From: Rudaea sp.
Lineage (GTDB): Bacteria > Pseudomonadota > Gammaproteobacteria > Xanthomonadales > Rhodanobacteraceae
DNA length: 47,400 nucleotides
Assembly: GCA_035703725.1 (NCBI GenBank)
Contig: DASSXQ010000092.1
Span: forward strand, 1-47,400
Direction of reading: 5' to 3'
The position numbers and the translations under genes are program-made. Below, piece by piece: positions 1 through 8,900 of the stretch. The notes beneath the pieces were generated by a model. That model made no database searches. It was given only the letters and a program-made list of their open reading frames with translations, and had not been told where the DNA came from. The stretch's first letter is position 1; each line of letters opens with the position of its first letter.

Positions 1-2
1 GC

Positions 3-1184
3 GACGATGGCGACCTACAGGTGCTGGGTCCCCCGGTCAGCTACAGCGTCAGCCTGGAGCCAACCCAACGCCGCTGGCTGTTCGCACTGGACATGCCGGT
101 CGCGGCGCCAGCCCAAGCGGTGCGTGGTGCCGACATGACGCTGGTCAGCCGAACCAGCGTGGACAAACTGCGCCGCTACACGGTGACGTCGACAACGCAT
201 TACCGGCTGGATCAAACCCTCGATGCCACGCATCGCTTTCTCGCCTTGCGCCTGCCGCAAGGGTTTGATCCGCGCACGCGCGAGTTGTCGCAACAATGGC
301 GCAATCGATACCACAGCGATGACGCGGTGATTCAGGCTGCGCTGGCAATGTTCCACAAGGATTTTTTCTACACCTTGAATGCGCCACTGCTCGGGCGCGA
401 TTCAGTCGACGATTTTCTGTTTGATACGCGGCGCGGTTTCTGCGAGCACTTCGCGTCGGCATTCACTTTCCTGATGCGTGCGGCCGGCATTCCCGCACGC
501 GTGGTTACCGGTTATCAGGGTGGCTACTACAACACCACCGGTGGCTATCTGGTAGTGCGCCAATCCGATGCGCACGCATGGTCGGAAGTCTGGCTCGGCG
601 GGCGCGGTTGGGTGCGTGTGGACCCGACCGCTGCGGTCAGCCCGCAGCGCGTGGAATTCGGCGCGCGCGCGGCGGCTGGCGCAAGTGCGCCGTGGTATCA
701 GGCCAACTGGCTGCAGGCGATGCGTAATCAATTTGATGTCGTGAATCGCTTCTGGAACAATGCAATCGTGCAATTCGATGCGTTGCGCCAACGCAGTCTG
801 CTTACCCCGTTTGGCATTGAACGTGCCGACTATTCGCTACTGGTCGGCATCTTGATTGGTTCAAGCACCTTGCTGTTGGCGCTATTCGCGTGGTGGGTAT
901 TGCGCACGCCACGCGAACGACGCGATCGACTGGATGCAGCCTACGCCAGGCTCTGCACCAAGCTCGCGCGGATCGGCGCCGTGCGCGCCGCCAACGAAGG
1001 ACCGCAAGCGTTTTCGCAACGCCTCTTGCAAATGCGCGTCACCGATCCATGCGTGAAACGCCTCATGGAAAGCTATGTCGAACTGCGTTATGCGCAACCA
1101 TCGGCCAGTACGGCGGCTGTGCAGGCATTTGCCCAAGCTGTGCGCCGACTGAACGTCAAGGCCACGCAACACGCGCCACGGTAA
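3..1184 (+). CDS. Transglutaminase-like (TgpA / DUF3488-type) membrane protein, 5'-truncated by the window edge
   Basis: Frame open from the window start. Transglutaminase core GFCEHFASAF...IPARVVTGYQGG...HAWSEVW...DPT (Cys-His-Asp triad), then a TM helix and a C-terminal tail. Confidence 0.88.
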   Translation, partial: DDGDLQVLGPPVSYSVSLEPTQRRWLFALDMPVAAPAQAVRGADMTLVSRTSVDKLRRYTVTSTTHYRLDQTLDATHRFLALRLPQGFDPRTRELSQQWRNRYHSDDAVIQAALAMFHKDFFYTLNAPLLGRDSVDDFLFDTRRGFCEHFASAFTFLMRAAGIPARVVTGYQGGYYNTTGGYLVVRQSDAHAWSEVWLGGRGWVRVDPTAAVSPQRVEFGARAAAGASAPWYQANWLQAMRNQFDVVNRFWNNAIVQFDALRQRSLLTPFGIERADYSLLVGILIGSSTLLLALFAWWVLRTPRERRDRLDAAYARLCTKLARIGAVRAANEGPQAFSQRLLQMRVTDPCVKRLMESYVELRYAQPSASTAAVQAFAQAVRRLNVKATQHAPR

Positions 1185-1246
1185 AATCAATTGCGACGCA
1201 GTACTCTACCTGTGCGTCGTCAGTCATAACGGACAAGGAGTTTTCC

Positions 1247-1822
1247 ATGCGCCTCATTCCTGCCATTGCGGCTCTTGCCACGCTGTTGCTGGGTGGCTGT
1301 GCGACAGTTCCATCCCAACTGGCCGGTGATCAGTTCAGTGCGATGACGCCCAAGCAAGCGGTCGCATCACCCAGCCACAACGAACGCGTACGCTGGGGTG
1401 GCGAACTCATCAAGGTTGAACCCAAAACCGACAAAACGTGCTTTGAAATTCTGTCGCGTCCGCTATGGCGCGATGCGCGTCCCAACCGCCGCGCCGACAG
1501 CACTGGACGCTTTATCGCGTGCAGCCCCGGCTTCTACGACCCCGAGCTGTATCGCAAGGGTCGCGATCTGACCGTGGTTGGGCAAATCGATGGCAGCGAG
1601 CAACACAAGGTTGGCGAATACAACTACACCTACGCACATGTCGCGGCCGATCACGTGCATCTTTGGCCAATACGTGAAAACCGCGATCAGCAAGATCCCT
1701 GGGGCCGCTACTACGATCCATTCTGGGGCCCCTACGATCCCTTCTGGGGCGGCCTGTGGTGGTCACGTCCACCTGTCATAATCGTGCGTCCACCGTCGCC
1801 ACCGCCACCGCCGAAAAAGTAA
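1247..1822 (+). CDS. slp: Slp family outer-membrane lipoprotein
   Basis: RBS AAGGAG before ATG 1247; lipobox LLLGGC; VRWGG, GRFIA and GFYDP motifs; Pro/Trp-rich tail. Confidence 0.85.
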   Translation: MRLIPAIAALATLLLGGCATVPSQLAGDQFSAMTPKQAVASPSHNERVRWGGELIKVEPKTDKTCFEILSRPLWRDARPNRRADSTGRFIACSPGFYDPELYRKGRDLTVVGQIDGSEQHKVGEYNYTYAHVAADHVHLWPIRENRDQQDPWGRYYDPFWGPYDPFWGGLWWSRPPVIIVRPPSPPPPPKK

Positions 1823-1911
1823 CCCGTCGCAACGAACTGCTGTGGCGCAGCGCTTGCATTGAATCCCGTGTTACCTGACTGCACGTGATGACAATCCTGC
1901 GATGGACCGCT

Positions 1912-2256
1912 TCAACCTGGCGGCCAAAGCAATTGGCGACCACCGAGCAAATGCAGATGCAGATGAAACACGGCCTGGCCACCGTGCTCGTTGCAATTGA
2001 TGACGCAACGATATCCGTCCTGCGCAAAACCTTGTTGTTTGGCCCACGCTGCCGCACGCAGCACCAGTTTGCCAATCAATGGCGCGTCGGCCTCGTCGGC
2101 ATCATTCAGCGTGGCGATGGGCTTTTTCGGAATGAACAGCACATGTACCGGAGCCTGCGGATTGATGTCGCGGAAGGCCAAAACTTCGTCGTCTTCATAA
2201 ACGATATCGGCAGGAATTTCACGTCGAATGATTTTGCTGAAAAGCGTGTCGGGCAT
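1912..2256 (-). CDS. hinT: Histidine triad nucleotide-binding (HIT) protein
   Basis: MPDTLFSKIIRREIPADIVYEDD, AFRDINPQAPVHVL, GQAVFHLHLHLLGGR, C-terminal WPPG. Confidence 0.93.
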   Translation of the reverse strand: MPDTLFSKIIRREIPADIVYEDDEVLAFRDINPQAPVHVLFIPKKPIATLNDADEADAPLIGKLVLRAAAWAKQQGFAQDGYRCVINCNEHGGQAVFHLHLHLLGGRQLLWPPG

Positions 2257-2264
2257 GGGGGTTC

Positions 2265-2400
2265 CTGAGGGCTGAGGGCTGAGGGCCACGCTCGTCATTC
2301 CAGCGCAGGCTGCAATGGCGAGTCTTTGATTTTTCGATTCCCGAATCCCGATTCGAAGCTCTTGGGATTCCCGAATCGCGGCTCGTAAAATTTCCGGCTC
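2265..2400. repeat. Composite intergenic repeat, copy 1: (CTGAGGG)x3, a CGTCATTCC-type REP hairpin, then CCCGAAT-type heptamers
   Basis: ctgaggg x3 at 2265-2285; near-palindrome cgtcattccagcgcaggctgcaatggcg at 2293-2320; gattcccgaatcccgattc and gggattcccgaatc between 2336 and 2377. Confidence 0.8.
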
Positions 2401-2401
2401 T

Positions 2402-2998
2402 TCAAAGCTGCATTCTGCCGCCAAACGCATGCGCCAGGGTGCCGCGATCGATGAATTCAAGTTCACCGCCGAGTGGCACGCCGTGAGCAAGCCGCGTTGC
2501 GCGGACATCGGCTTGTCGCGCAATCTGACTGAGGATGTGCGCCGTCGCTTCGCCTTCCACCGTCGGGTTGGTGGCAACGATCAATTCGCGAACTTCACCT
2601 TCGGCCAGGCGTGCTGCGAGAAGATCCAGTCCCAGTTCTTTCGGACCCAAACCATCCAGCGGCGACAGACGCCCAAGCAACACGAAATAGTGGCCGCGAA
2701 ACCCGGTCGCCTGTTCAATCGCGAGTTGATCCGCCGGCGTTTCCACGACACACAACAACTGCGCATCGCGTGCGCGGCTCGCGCACAACGCGCAGACGGG
2801 CGTTTCACTGAACGTGCGGCAGCGTGTGCAATTGCCGATTCGATCCACTGCCACGCCGAGTTTCTCGGCCAAACGCCGGGCACCCTCGCGATCTCGCTCA
2901 AGCACATGAAACGCCATGCGCTGCGCCGTCTTCGCCCCCACACCGGGTAAACAGCGGAACGCTTCAATCAGTTCGTTGAGCAGAGGGGAGCCGGACAT
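2402..2998 (-). CDS. recR: Recombination mediator RecR
   Basis: [13 protein letters not shown] HhH motif, C4 zinc finger, Toprim CVVE...[25 protein letters not shown]. Confidence 0.97.
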   Translation of the reverse strand: MSGSPLLNELIEAFRCLPGVGAKTAQRMAFHVLERDREGARRLAEKLGVAVDRIGNCTRCRTFSETPVCALCASRARDAQLLCVVETPADQLAIEQATGFRGHYFVLLGRLSPLDGLGPKELGLDLLAARLAEGEVRELIVATNPTVEGEATAHILSQIARQADVRATRLAHGVPLGGELEFIDRGTLAHAFGGRMQL

Positions 2999-3003
2999 GG
3001 GTG

Positions 3004-3150
3004 CTGATGAGGGCTGGGGCTGAGGGCTGAGGGTTGACGGCTGAGAGCTTGGGCTTGGGGAGAAATATCCTGCTCGTCAAGCTGGAATGACTGATTTTGA
3101 TGTCCCGAATCCCGAATCCCGAATCCCGGCTCTCATGATTCCCGGCTCCC
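3004..3150. repeat. Composite intergenic repeat, copy 2: degenerate (GGGCTGA)n, a collapsed REP, then (CCCGAAT)x3
   Basis: gggctga-like units at 3004-3047; gctcgtcaagctggaatgac at 3072-3091; cccgaat x3 at 3104-3124 followed by cccggct. Confidence 0.8.
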
Positions 3151-3151
3151 A

Positions 3152-3475
3152 TCAAAACGGCAATTCAAATCCCGGCGGCAGATTCATTCCACCGGCCACG
3201 CTGCTCATTTTTTCCTTGCTCGCAACGCCGATGCGGTTGACGGCATCGTTGATCGCGGCGGCGACCAGATCTTCGGCCATTTCCGGATCGTCGGCGAACA
3301 ATTTTCGATCAATGTTTACCCGCCGCACTTCATGCCGGCCGTTCATGGTGACCGTCACCATGCCGCCGCCGGCCTGGCCGGTTACTTCAAGTTTTGCGAC
3401 CTCTTCCTGCGCACGTTTGAGTTCGTCCTGCATGCGTTGCGCTTGCTGCATCAGTTGCGCCATGGGTCCACGCAT
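3152..3475 (-). CDS. ybaB: YbaB/EbfC nucleoid-associated protein
   Basis: MRGPMAQLMQQAQRMQ, GQAGGGMVTV, EMAEDLVAAAINDA; RBS AAGGAGA; conserved position between dnaX and recR. Confidence 0.96.
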   Translation of the reverse strand: MRGPMAQLMQQAQRMQDELKRAQEEVAKLEVTGQAGGGMVTVTMNGRHEVRRVNIDRKLFADDPEMAEDLVAAAINDAVNRIGVASKEKMSSVAGGMNLPPGFELPF

Positions 3476-3516
3476 ATCATGTCTCCTTGAAAATGTTTCC
3501 GGACTGATTGCCAAAA

Positions 3517-5142
3517 TCAATTACCGCGAATGGAATCGGGGATCACCTGCGCATCGAAATCACGGATCAGGGTTTGCACAAACGGATCCTCGCCCAGCGC
3601 GTGTTCGGCTGCCTGCTGGCGCGCATCGCGATCACGCGCAAGGATGTCGGCCGGCGTGACCGTCTCGGCTAGCGCTTTTTCAAATTGGACCTTGATGGTA
3701 CGGCCCAGTGCCTTGCCCAATTTTTGTTGCATTTGCGCAATCAATGGCGGCGAACTCAAATGGTCGAATTCCGCTTTCAATGCCAAGCGCACGACGCCAT
3801 TTTCGATGCCAATCAAGGCGGAATGCTGGGCCAACTGGCCCAATGGGCCGCGCAGGCAAGCAGCCTGAATCAAACCGGGCCAATCCGAAGAATCTGCAGC
3901 GGCAATGGCGTTGGCGTCAGCAATTGACACGCTTTCGGCCATGGCCTTTGGTGCCGTTTCGCGCACTTCATGCGCAACACCCTCTTCCCGGCTCGCAGCC
4001 GGCTTCGACGCCCTGGCCGCCGCGCGCACAACCGGAGCTGCCGCCTGCTTGCCTGTCTCGTCCGGACGAAATGCCAACATGCGCAACAACGTCATCTCGA
4101 ATCCGGCGCGCGGCGTAGGCGCAAGCGGCAAGTCGCGACGGCCGGTCAACGCAATCTGGTAGAACAATTGCACCGTCTCCGGCGGCATCGCAGCGGCAAG
4201 CGCGGCAACCGATGCAGCGCTCGCATGATCGTCGGATTCATGCGTTGCAACCAACTGCTTGAGCTGGATGCGATGCAGAGCTGCGGAAATGTCGTCGAGT
4301 ACCCCGGCAAAATCCGGCGAGAATTCAGCCAATCGATCCACTTCATTCATCAAAGCCACGCCGTCGCCCGCTTGCGCAGCTTCAATCAGCGCAAATACGC
4401 GACTGCGTTCGATCGTGCCCAGCATCTGCCGGACTTCATCGGCACGCACGCTGCCCGCGCCGTACGCGATGGCCTGATCCAGCAACGACAAGCCATCGCG
4501 CAACGATCCGTCGGCACCGCGCGCGAGCTCATCCAGTGCTTGCGCTTCGCACTGGATACCTTCGGCGTCGAGGATAAGTCGCATCTGCCCGACGATCTGC
4601 TCAGGCAACAGGCGTTTGAGATTGAACTTCAGGCAACGCGACAGCACCGTCACCGGAAGTTTTTGCGGATCGGTCGTGGCCAGCAGAAATTTCACGTGAT
4701 CGGGCGGCTCCTCCAATGTCTTGAGCAAGGCATTGAAGGCCGACTTGCTGAGCATGTGCACTTCGTCGATCAGATAGACCTTGAAGCGGCCACGCGCCGG
4801 CGTGTATTGCGCGTTCTCGATCACCTCGCGGACATCGTCGACGCCGGTATTGCTGGCTGCGTCAATCTCGATCATGTCCATGAAGCGGCCGGCGTCGATA
4901 TCCTTGCACGCCGAACATTCACCGCACGGATGCGATGACTGCCCACGCTCACAGTTCAGCGATTTGGCAAAAATGCGCGCTATCGTGGTCTTGCCCACAC
5001 CCCGCGTCCCGGTGAACAAAAACGCATGGTGCATGCGCCCGGTGTCGAGCGCATTGCTCAGCGCACGCACGACGTGTTCCTGCCCGACCAACTCGGGGAA
5101 CCGCCTGGGCCGCCACTTGCGCGCTAGAACCTGATACGACAT
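3517..5142 (-). CDS. dnaX: DNA polymerase III subunit gamma/tau
   Basis: MSYQVLARKWRP, Walker A GTRGVGKTT, zinc module, DEVHML, SRC motif, C-terminal tau domain. Confidence 0.98.
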   Translation of the reverse strand: MSYQVLARKWRPRRFPELVGQEHVVRALSNALDTGRMHHAFLFTGTRGVGKTTIARIFAKSLNCERGQSSHPCGECSACKDIDAGRFMDMIEIDAASNTGVDDVREVIENAQYTPARGRFKVYLIDEVHMLSKSAFNALLKTLEEPPDHVKFLLATTDPQKLPVTVLSRCLKFNLKRLLPEQIVGQMRLILDAEGIQCEAQALDELARGADGSLRDGLSLLDQAIAYGAGSVRADEVRQMLGTIERSRVFALIEAAQAGDGVALMNEVDRLAEFSPDFAGVLDDISAALHRIQLKQLVATHESDDHASAASVAALAAAMPPETVQLFYQIALTGRRDLPLAPTPRAGFEMTLLRMLAFRPDETGKQAAAPVVRAAARASKPAASREEGVAHEVRETAPKAMAESVSIADANAIAAADSSDWPGLIQAACLRGPLGQLAQHSALIGIENGVVRLALKAEFDHLSSPPLIAQMQQKLGKALGRTIKVQFEKALAETVTPADILARDRDARQQAAEHALGEDPFVQTLIRDFDAQVIPDSIRGN

Positions 5143-5404
5143 TGCAACATCCGTTGACACGAATGTCGATTTTAGCAGAGGCGTCAACGCGGCGTTGAAT
5201 GCGCTTGTTCGTCGTTCCGGCGCGAAGTCTGAAGGCGAAACCGTCGTCCAATGCCGTCGCGTCGCGGCCTTTTCATGGCCCCTTCAGCAAAACGCAAGCC
5301 GAGTTCGACGCATCATCAGGATTCGGCAGGGACGCGCAGGTTCGCAGGAGTCGCCCAAGAACTCGTCCGTCGAGCTCCTGGCAACACGTGACATTCGACA
5401 AGGC

Positions 5405-5514
5405 GGCGGTCCCGCCAGCCACATCCCGGCACCCGAGTCGTTTGCTACCGTTGCTGCCTTCCGGCCCTGGCGGAGTTTACAAACTATCGTCGCGAGAGAA
5501 CCAACGGGACCACC
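5405..5514 (-). ncRNA. ffs: Signal recognition particle RNA (small bacterial SRP, 4.5S)
   Basis: Minus strand has the domain IV signature CAGGGCCGGAAGGCAGC; terminal helix ggtggtcccg/cgggaccgcc; usual position upstream of dnaX. Confidence 0.93.
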
Positions 5515-5522
5515 ATAAAAAC

Positions 5523-5615
5523 TGGCGGAGAGAGCGGGATTCGAACCCGCGAAGCGGGTATAAGCCGCTTACACACTTTCCAGGCGTGCTCCTTCAACCA
5601 CTCGGACACCTCTCC
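5523..5615 (-). tRNA. tRNA-Ser (anticodon GGA)
   Basis: GGAGAGGTGTCCGAGTGGTTGAAGGAGCACGCCT-GGA-AAGTGTGT, long variable arm, GGTTCGAATCC, encoded CCA end. Confidence 0.97.
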
Positions 5616-5635
5616 GCACGTAAAAAAACTTCTCC

Positions 5636-5806
5636 AGCCTGAAAGGGCGGGATTGCTCGTCTGATCCTGAGACTCGCCTTCGCTGACACCCAGACCAGCT
5701 TCGCCGTCCAAATTCGTTCCCGACGAATTTGTCGAACCCGCGAAGCGGGTATAAGCCGCTTGCACTCTTTCCAGATGTGCTCCTGCAACCACCCGGACAC
5801 CTCTGC
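5636..5806 (-). pseudogene. Degenerate duplicate of tRNA-Ser(GGA), interrupted in the T-loop by a ~77-nt RtT-like structured element
   Basis: 5732-5806 matches the intact tRNA 5' part with 7 differences in 75 nt. Insert 5655-5731 lies between GGTTCGA and AATCCCG. 5636-5653 matches the tRNA 3' end at 13/18 positions with CCA lost. Confidence 0.85.
5655..5731 (-). ncRNA. RtT-like / tRNA-linked repeat element
   Basis: Perfect 9-bp hairpin caaattcgt-N5-acgaatttg at 5709-5731, then ggcgagtc...gacgagc-aat. Resembles gammaproteobacterial tRNA-linked RtT-type repeats (recalled, not searched). Confidence 0.6.
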
Positions 5807-5833
5807 GCGCCCTTGTGCCAGGTGGCACGGAGG

Positions 5834-5869
5834 GGCGCGCAGAATACATGACCCGGACGTTGCGAACAA
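5834..5869 (-). promoter_or_regulatory. Sigma70 stable-RNA-type promoter for the tRNA-Ser/ffs transcript
   Basis: Minus strand TTGTTC-17 nt-TATTCT followed by GC-rich discriminator GCGCGCC. Confidence 0.7.
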
Positions 5870-5920
5870 GGCGAGAGCCATCAAAATCACACCTGTTTCA
5901 ACCACCTGGGACGGCAAGTT

Positions 5921-8900
5921 TCATCCGCTTGCGCCCAGCACCACGCGCAATTCATGGATCGCGCCATCGTCAGCGAGCACAACTGCATCGGTCTGCGCCA
6001 GCACCTTGCCATCCAGTTCCAACAGCGCTACGCCACGGCAAACCTGATGCGGATTCTCGACGCCAATCTCATACGTGGAAACATGTTGCTTGCCACGGTG
6101 TTGATAGCGAATGCGATAGCCGGGCCAGTCGGCCGGAATGCACGGATCGATGCGCAGGCAATCGGCGTGCTTGTGAAAACCCAGGATGGCTTCGACACCG
6201 GCACGATACAGCCATGCCGCAGACCCGGTGTACCAGGTCCAACCGCCATGACCGGCCAGCTCGCCGATGGAATACACGTCCGCGCAGGATACGAATGGTT
6301 CGACCTTGAATTGCGCCGCGCCGGCGGCGCTGTCGCTGTGGCGGATCGAATTGAACATGTCGAACAGTTCGCATGCGCGCTTGCCATCGCCAAGTTTGGT
6401 CCAGGCAAAAATCGACCAGATTGCGCCGTGGGTGTACTGCCCGGCATTTTCACGCACGCCCGGCGGATAACCCTTGATGTAACCCGGATTTTCCTTGCAG
6501 CGATCGAATGCGGGCGTGAACAATCGGGCGAGGCGGTGTTGCCGATCAACCAGCAGTTGATCGACGGACTCCATCGCCTTTCCGGCATGTTGGCGATTGT
6601 CGGCGCCATCGGCAATGACGCTCCAGGACTGCGCAATACTGTCGATCTTGCACTCATCGCTGAGCCTGGAACCCACTGGCGTACCGTCGTCATAGTATCC
6701 GCGGCGGTACCACTCGCCATCCCAGGCTTGCTCCAGTGCAGCACGCAGTTGGTCCGCATGGTGCTTCCAGTTTTGCGCGCGTTGCGATTCACCGCGTTGT
6801 TCGGCTTGCGGGGCGAGTGCGGCAATGGTGCAAATCAGCAACCAGCCCAACCACGCGCTTTCGCCTTTGCCGCCTGCGCCAACCGCATTCATGCCGTCGT
6901 TCCAGTCGCCAGTGCCAATCAGCGGCAAGTCATGCGCACCGGTGGCAAGACTGGAATCCAGCCCGCGCGCGCAATGTTCATACACGCTGACTTTTTCATT
7001 CGACGTCGTCGGCTGGAAATACGCATCCGTGCCGCCATCGGGAACCGGCGGACCATCCAGAAACGCGACGGCGACATCCAGCACTGCCGCATCACCACTG
7101 ACTTGCACATAATGCATTGCGACGAAACCCAACCAGACACGATCGTCGCTGATCCGGGTGCGAATGCCCTGTCCTGTCGGCGGCTGCCACCAATGTTGCA
7201 CATCGCCTTGACTGAACTGCCTGCCTGCCGCGCGCAAAAGATGTTCGCGCGCCAGGTCCGGACGACTCAGGCATAGCGCCATCACATCCTGCAATTGATC
7301 GCGAAAGCCATAGGCGCCGCTGGCCTGGTAATAGGCGGTGCGCGCCCACAGCCGGCAACTGACGACTTGATACAATAGCCAGTCGTTGAGCATCAAATCC
7401 ATGGCGCGATTGGGCGTTTGCACCTGCACCGGGTCGAGCAGGCCATCCCAGACTTCAGCGATCTGCTTCATCACGACGTCAAATTCAATAGTGCGATACT
7501 TGTTGATCAGCGCTTGCGCGTCGCTCTCTGACGGCGCGTCGCCAAGCAGCAAGCGCAGCTCGATCTGCGTGTCGGGCGGCAGATCGATGTCGGTCTGCAA
7601 GGCGCCACACGGGTCCAGGCCCGCACCAAAACGTCCATCCAGCGGGGCCGCTTCCCGCAGCGCTGCCGGATCGGCAACCGAACCCAGTTCGCCAAGAAAC
7701 GCCTTGCGATCTGCACCGCTGGATTGCTGAACACCACCCAGATCGAAGAACGCTACCCGATCGGCAAAATCCGGACGCCAGTGATTGCGCGCAAATATCG
7801 CACCGGTGCGCTCGTCGCGCGCCGTGATCACGAACGGCGCCGGAGTGCTGCCGTTCGCGCCCAATGCCCATTCAACATAGGCGGTAAGCGACAGGCGGCG
7901 TGTGCGCGCGGAGCGGTTATTGATGCGCAATCGCGAAATCTTGAGTGTATCGGCGACGGGTACGCATTGAGTGAGCTCGATGGTTATGCCGTGCGCGTCG
8001 TTGCTGAAGCGACTCCATCCCTTGCCATGGGTTGCCGTATACGTCGCATCGGCCACCCGGATCGGCAACGCCGTCGCGCTCCACAAGATGCCTTCTTCGC
8101 GATCGCGCAGATACACAATCTCGTGCGGGATGTCGCTGACCGGATCATTCGGCCACGGCGTCAATGGGTTTTGCTGGCTGTTGATCGACCAGGCATAACC
8201 GCCACCTTCGGCCGAAACGAGAAAACCAAATGTCGGGTTTGCGATGACATTGACCCACGGCTGCGGTGTACAGCGATCCTGGGTCAATACCATCCGATAG
8301 GCACGCCCGGCGTCCACGAACGCGCCAAACCCGTTGGCAAATTCTCCTTGCTCGTCTGCCGCATCGAGTTCGGCAAAATTGCCAATTGGCGTGGTTGCAC
8401 GCAGTGCTGCTGATGGCGTTGTCGAAGTTGACGGCGCCGATTGTTGGTTTATCTCTTGCGCGTTGCCGCCAAGCAGCAGGCGCGCCACACACAGCAGTCC
8501 ATCACGCAATGGCGCACTGATCTGCGCGTCGCGCAAGAGAAATACACTCGCCCGAACGAGCTTGTCGTCGGATTCCAGACGTTGCTTTTGTGCATCGACC
8601 AACCCGGCAAATTTTTCCTGCACCGTGTCCGACGCTTGCGCGTCGAGTACCACCACATCGACGCCGACACGCTGTTGTTGCCACACACGTTGAGCCCGAA
8701 ATATCTCCTCCACACCGGCGTTGTCGTCTTCGTTGGCAACACGCTGCAACACGATGGGACGATCACCCGAAATGCTTGCACCCCATAGCGTCGGTGGCCC
8801 ACCACGACCGCGGCGTATCGCATCGGCTGCGGCACGCCGGGTTCGGTCGCTGAGCATGATTGCATCCAGCCAATGCGCAAACTGCCGGGCTTGTTGCGCA

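Noticed and set aside
890-1246. N-terminal extensions given by the ORF track (also for HIT, dnaX, rnk, EamA, apaG, apaH, S9, rfbA)
   Set aside because: They overlap neighbouring genes or repeats; family N-termini and RBS positions support the shorter starts reported.
2265-3150. CRISPR array
   Set aside because: Repeats are contiguous 7-mers without unique spacers; no cas genes in the window.
3517-4100. Programmed -1 frameshift producing DnaX gamma
   Set aside because: No A-AAA-AAG heptamer or long A-run found by eye; the closest, GAAAAAG near 3675-3681, has only five As and lies close to the C-terminus.
5655-5731. Self-splicing or archaeal-type tRNA intron
   Set aside because: Far too short for group I/II, no clear bulge-helix-bulge, and the flanking tRNA has lost CCA and stem pairing, so splicing would not give a functional tRNA.
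5484-5917. ORFs overlapping the tRNA, SRP and pseudo-tRNA region
   Set aside because: Internal peptide repeats (CKRLIPASRVR) merely reflect the tRNA duplication.
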